Of a stretch of DNA of 32,000 bases, positions 28,931 through 32,000 are shown piece after piece. Position 1 is the first letter of the stretch. Each line of letters begins with the position of its first letter. The position numbers were made by a program, and so were the translations under genes. Origin of the DNA: Longivirga aurantiaca (GTDB taxonomy: Bacteria; Actinomycetota; Actinomycetes; S36-B12; CAIYMF01); contig NZ_JBHSTI010000002.1 of the NCBI RefSeq assembly GCF_042660085.1, forward strand, positions 510,001 to 542,000. The letters are read 5' to 3'. The notes under the pieces were generated by a model. The model had not been told where the DNA came from. It did no database searches and saw only the letters and a list, made by a program, of their open reading frames with translations.

Positions 28931-29782
28931 GTGAGCAGCGACCCCGGCGACAGCGCCCAGGGGACGGTCGGCGACGTCGTCGACGACGTCGCCTCCTCGC
29001 AGCCCATGGGGTGGGCGGCGCGCCTCGGGCTGACCGCCCGCGCCCTCGTCTACCTCGTCATCGGCTTCCTCGGCCTCTCGCTGGCCTCGGGCAACAGGGC
29101 CGAGCTCGACCAGAAGGGTGCGCTGCGGGAGCTGCTCGAGCGGCCGTTCGGCACGGTGCTCGTGCTGCTGTGCGCGATCGGCTTCGTCGGCTACGCGCTG
29201 TGGCGCTTCGCCGAGGCGATCAGCGGGCCGGTCGGCGACGGCGGCAGCAGGTCGGCCCGGCTGAAGTCGGCCGCGCGCGGCGTCGTCTACACGGTGCTCG
29301 CCGTGACCGCGGTGACCGTGCTCCTGGGGTCGCGATCGAGCCAGGGTGGCCAGCAGCGCGGCCTCGTCGCCACGGTGCTCACCTGGCCTGGAGGGATGCT
29401 GATCGTCCTGCTCGTCGGCGTCGGCGTGGCCGCGGCGGGCGTCGGGCTCGTCGTCGAGGGGTGGCGGCGCAAGTTCCTCAAGTACCTCGACCACGCCGAC
29501 ATGAACGAATCGACCCGCACGCTCGCGCGGTGGACGGGCACGGTCGGGTCGATCGCGCGAGGCCTCGTCGTGATCCTGATCGGCGTGCTGCTCGTGCTCG
29601 CCGCGCTGACGGGCGACAAGGAGGACGCCACCGGAATGGACGGCGCGCTCAAGTCGCTGCGCGACCTGCCCTTCGGCAACATCCTCCTGGTCCTCGCCTC
29701 GCTCGGCCTCCTCATCTTCGGCGTCTACGCACTGGTGGAAGCGAGGTACCGACGTGTTGGAGTCTCGGGAGCTGAGGCCTGA
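28931..29782 (+). CDS. DUF1206-like membrane protein
   Basis: WAARLGLTARALVYLVIGFLGLSLA, GALRELLERPFGTVLVLLCAIGFVGYALWRFAEAI repeats three times along the protein (DLPFGNILLVLASLGLLIFGVYALVEARYRR). Confidence 0.88.
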   Translation: MSSDPGDSAQGTVGDVVDDVASSQPMGWAARLGLTARALVYLVIGFLGLSLASGNRAELDQKGALRELLERPFGTVLVLLCAIGFVGYALWRFAEAISGPVGDGGSRSARLKSAARGVVYTVLAVTAVTVLLGSRSSQGGQQRGLVATVLTWPGGMLIVLLVGVGVAAAGVGLVVEGWRRKFLKYLDHADMNESTRTLARWTGTVGSIARGLVVILIGVLLVLAALTGDKEDATGMDGALKSLRDLPFGNILLVLASLGLLIFGVYALVEARYRRVGVSGAEA

Positions 29783-30500
29783 CGACGTGGCCCGGAACGA
29801 CTCGGACGGCAGCGGCTGGGGCAGGCGCGAGGCGGGCCTCCTCGTGGCCGGGATGCTGGCGCTCACGGCCCTCCTGCTGCTCTGCGGGTTCGCGCTCACC
29901 CGGTGGTCGGCGCTGGCCGGCGTACGGGCCTGGGACGTCGACGTCGCCGACTGGTGGGTAAGCATCCGCACCCCCACCCTCGACACCCTGACCGACATCG
30001 GGTCGAGCCTGTCCGACACCCCGGTCGCCATCGCAGTCACCGCCGTCGCCTTCGTGGTGCTGCGGCTCCTCACCGGGAGGTGGACCGCGTCCTGGATCGT
30101 GCTGGCCGCGATCTTCGGCGAGCTGCTCTACTTCCTGGCCCTCACCTCGGGCGTGGGGCGTGAGCGGCCGGACGTGCTGCAGCTCGACGCCGCGCCCCCG
30201 ACGTCGAGCTATCCGTCCGGTCACACCGGTGCCGCCGTCGCGCTCTACGTGTGCCTCGCGGTGATCGTGTGGCGGCACCTGTCGAACCGGATCGCAGCCG
30301 TCCCGCTCGCGCTCCTGCTCTGCCTCGTCCCCGTGGCCGTGGGGCTGTCGCGCATGTACCGAGGCATGCACTTCGCGACCGACGTGCTGTTCGGCGCGCT
30401 CGGCGGCCTGCTCTGGCTGCTCGTCGTGCTGGCCGTGCTGTGGCCGGGCCGCCGACCCTTGACCGACCGGGCCCCCGCCCAGGAAGAAGCCGCTCCGTGA
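29754..30500 (+). CDS. PAP2-family phosphatase
   Basis: GRERPD, SYPSGHTGAAVALY, SRMYRGMHFATDV motifs. Overlaps the upstream gene by 29 bp at the longest start; GTG 29790 is an alternative start. Confidence 0.9.
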   Translation: MLESRELRPDDVARNDSDGSGWGRREAGLLVAGMLALTALLLLCGFALTRWSALAGVRAWDVDVADWWVSIRTPTLDTLTDIGSSLSDTPVAIAVTAVAFVVLRLLTGRWTASWIVLAAIFGELLYFLALTSGVGRERPDVLQLDAAPPTSSYPSGHTGAAVALYVCLAVIVWRHLSNRIAAVPLALLLCLVPVAVGLSRMYRGMHFATDVLFGALGGLLWLLVVLAVLWPGRRPLTDRAPAQEEAAP

Positions 30501-31390
30501 GCACCGTGCCGCAGCGTCCCGCGATCGTGGTGAACCCCACCAAGGTCGACGACGGCAACGTCGAGGCCGTCGAGAAGGCCTTCGCCGACAACGGGCTCCC
30601 CATGCCTCGCTGGTACGGGACCACCGAGGACGACCCGGGCGAGGGCCAGGCCCGCCAGGCCCTCGCCGACGGCGCCGACCTCGTGCTGGCGCAGGGCGGC
30701 GACGGCACGGTGCGCGCGGTTGCCGCGGTACTGGCGGGTGGGGACGTCCCGCTGGGGCTGCTCCCGGCCGGCACCGGCAACCTGCTGGCGCGCAACCTGG
30801 ACGTTCCGCGGTCGCTCGACGACGCCGTCGCGGTGGTGGCCGGAGCCGGTCGGCGCGCCGTGGACGTGCTCGAGCTCGACGGCGAGCCGTACGTCGTGAT
30901 GGGCGGCAGCGGCTTCGACGCGCTGCTGTTCGAGCTCACCTCCGAGGACCTCAAGGCGCGGCTCGGGTGGGCGGCCTACCTGAGCGCGGGCATCCGTGCG
31001 GTGCGCGCCGCGAAGGCGTACGACGTCGAGATCGTGACCGACCGCGCCGCGATGACCGTGCCGGCCGTAGGCGTGGTGGTCGGCAACGTCGGCACGCTGA
31101 CCGCCGGGGTGCAGCTGCTGCCGGACGCCGAGGCCGATGACGCCCGCCTGCACATCGCCGTCCTCACGCCGCTCCGGCTCCGCAACTGGGCCGGGCTCGC
31201 CTGGAACCTCGTGCTGCGACGGACCCCCCGGCGCTTCCAGATGCGCACGCTGCGCGCGCGCGACGTGCGGATCCGCTGGCCCGAGGCCCTGCCGGCCGAG
31301 CTCGACGGCGACCTCGTGGACGGCCGGGCCGAGCTCCACGTCACCATCCGCCCCGGCGCTCTCACGGTCTGCGTGCCCGAACCCGGATGA
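30497..31390 (+). CDS. Diacylglycerol kinase family lipid kinase
   Basis: AIVVNPTK, LVLAQGGDGTVRAVAAVLAGGDVPLGLLPAGTGNLLARNL, VMGGSGFDALLF; GTG start overlaps PAP2 stop. Confidence 0.93.
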   Translation: MSTVPQRPAIVVNPTKVDDGNVEAVEKAFADNGLPMPRWYGTTEDDPGEGQARQALADGADLVLAQGGDGTVRAVAAVLAGGDVPLGLLPAGTGNLLARNLDVPRSLDDAVAVVAGAGRRAVDVLELDGEPYVVMGGSGFDALLFELTSEDLKARLGWAAYLSAGIRAVRAAKAYDVEIVTDRAAMTVPAVGVVVGNVGTLTAGVQLLPDAEADDARLHIAVLTPLRLRNWAGLAWNLVLRRTPRRFQMRTLRARDVRIRWPEALPAELDGDLVDGRAELHVTIRPGALTVCVPEPG

Positions 31391-31421
31391 GCGTGGCGAG
31401 GGCCTGTGCCAGGGTGACGCC

Positions 31422-31883
31422 ATGGCCGACTGGCACCTCGCGCAGCTCAACGTCGCACGGCTCCGCGTCCCCCTCGACCACCCCGCGATGATCCCGTTCG
31501 TCACCAACCTGCTCGCGGTCAACGCCGAGGCCGATGCCGCACCCGGGTTCGTCTGGCGGCTCCAGGAGTCGGCGTCCGGCAACGCGACCGACCTGCGCCC
31601 CTGGGGCGACGACATGATCGTCAACATGAGCGTCTGGACCGATGTCGAGTCGCTGCGCCAGTACGTCTTCACGCCCGGGCACATCGAGATCATGCGGCAG
31701 CGCCGCGCCTTCTTCACCCCGATGGAGACGCCGTACTCCGTCCTCTGGTGGGTGCCGGCCGGGCACATCCCGACGCTCGACGAGGCCAGGGAGCGGCTCG
31801 ACCTGCTCACGGCCGAGGGCCCGTCGCCCCGAGCGTTCACCTTCACGTCCGAGCACCCGGCAGAGGCCGCCACCGACGCATGA
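31422..31883 (+). CDS. DUF3291-like protein
   Basis: WHLAQLNVARLRVPLDHPAMIPFVTNLLAVNAEADAAPGFVWRLQ...; VWTDVESLRQYVFTPGHIEIMRQRRAFF. Confidence 0.8.
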   Translation: MADWHLAQLNVARLRVPLDHPAMIPFVTNLLAVNAEADAAPGFVWRLQESASGNATDLRPWGDDMIVNMSVWTDVESLRQYVFTPGHIEIMRQRRAFFTPMETPYSVLWWVPAGHIPTLDEARERLDLLTAEGPSPRAFTFTSEHPAEAATDA

Positions 31884-31895
31884 CAGGATGCCGAC

Positions 31896-32000
31896 GTGAC
31901 GGCGACGATCCTCGACGGCAAGGCCACTGCGGCAGCGATCAAGTCCGAGCTGGCGGCCCGCGTGGCCCGGCTCGCGGAGGCGGGCGTCGTGCCGGGGCTC
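31896..32000 (+). CDS. folD: Methylenetetrahydrofolate dehydrogenase/cyclohydrolase (3'-truncated by window edge)
   Basis: [35 protein letters not shown]; GTG start. Confidence 0.85.
   Translation, partial: MTATILDGKATAAAIKSELAARVARLAEAGVVPGL

Noticed and set aside
27074-30073. 999-aa minus-strand ORF
   Set aside because: Shadow ORF antisense to E2, TauE and DUF1206; composition dominated by His/Arg/Asp/Glu with no recognisable domain.
1-32000. CRISPR array, tRNA/rRNA, transposase or integrase genes, phage genes
   Set aside because: No regularly spaced repeats, T-loop (GGTTCGANTCC)-like ends or mobile-element protein motifs were recognised by eye. Not excluded by computation; tRNAscan-SE and a CRISPR finder would settle it.

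Overview
High-GC actinobacterial chromosome segment. Gene content and order suggest Propionibacteriales/Nocardioidaceae, which is an inference. The backbone is glmU(partial)-prs, pcrA/uvrD, an M23 peptidase, sucC-sucD, a DUF6350-type membrane protein, purN-purH and the start of folD. Accessory blocks sit between these genes: (i) an orphan AbiEi-like/DUF559-like (PD-(D/E)XK-type) gene bracketed by two near-identical direct copies of a ~56-bp palindrome; (ii) a 3-hydroxyisobutyrate-dehydrogenase-like / M24-fold / alpha-hydroxyacid-oxidase-like trio, whose first two genes share an 18-bp upstream motif; (iii) a GntR(FCD)-VOC // fused E1alpha-beta - E2 - TauE cluster, with a duplicated ATGGATACAT motif in the divergent intergenic region. 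No rRNA, tRNA or CRISPR array was recognised. The strongest candidate for something under-described is the palindrome-gene-palindrome unit at about 7.21-8.37 kb. Family assignments come from recognising motifs by eye; no database search was run.
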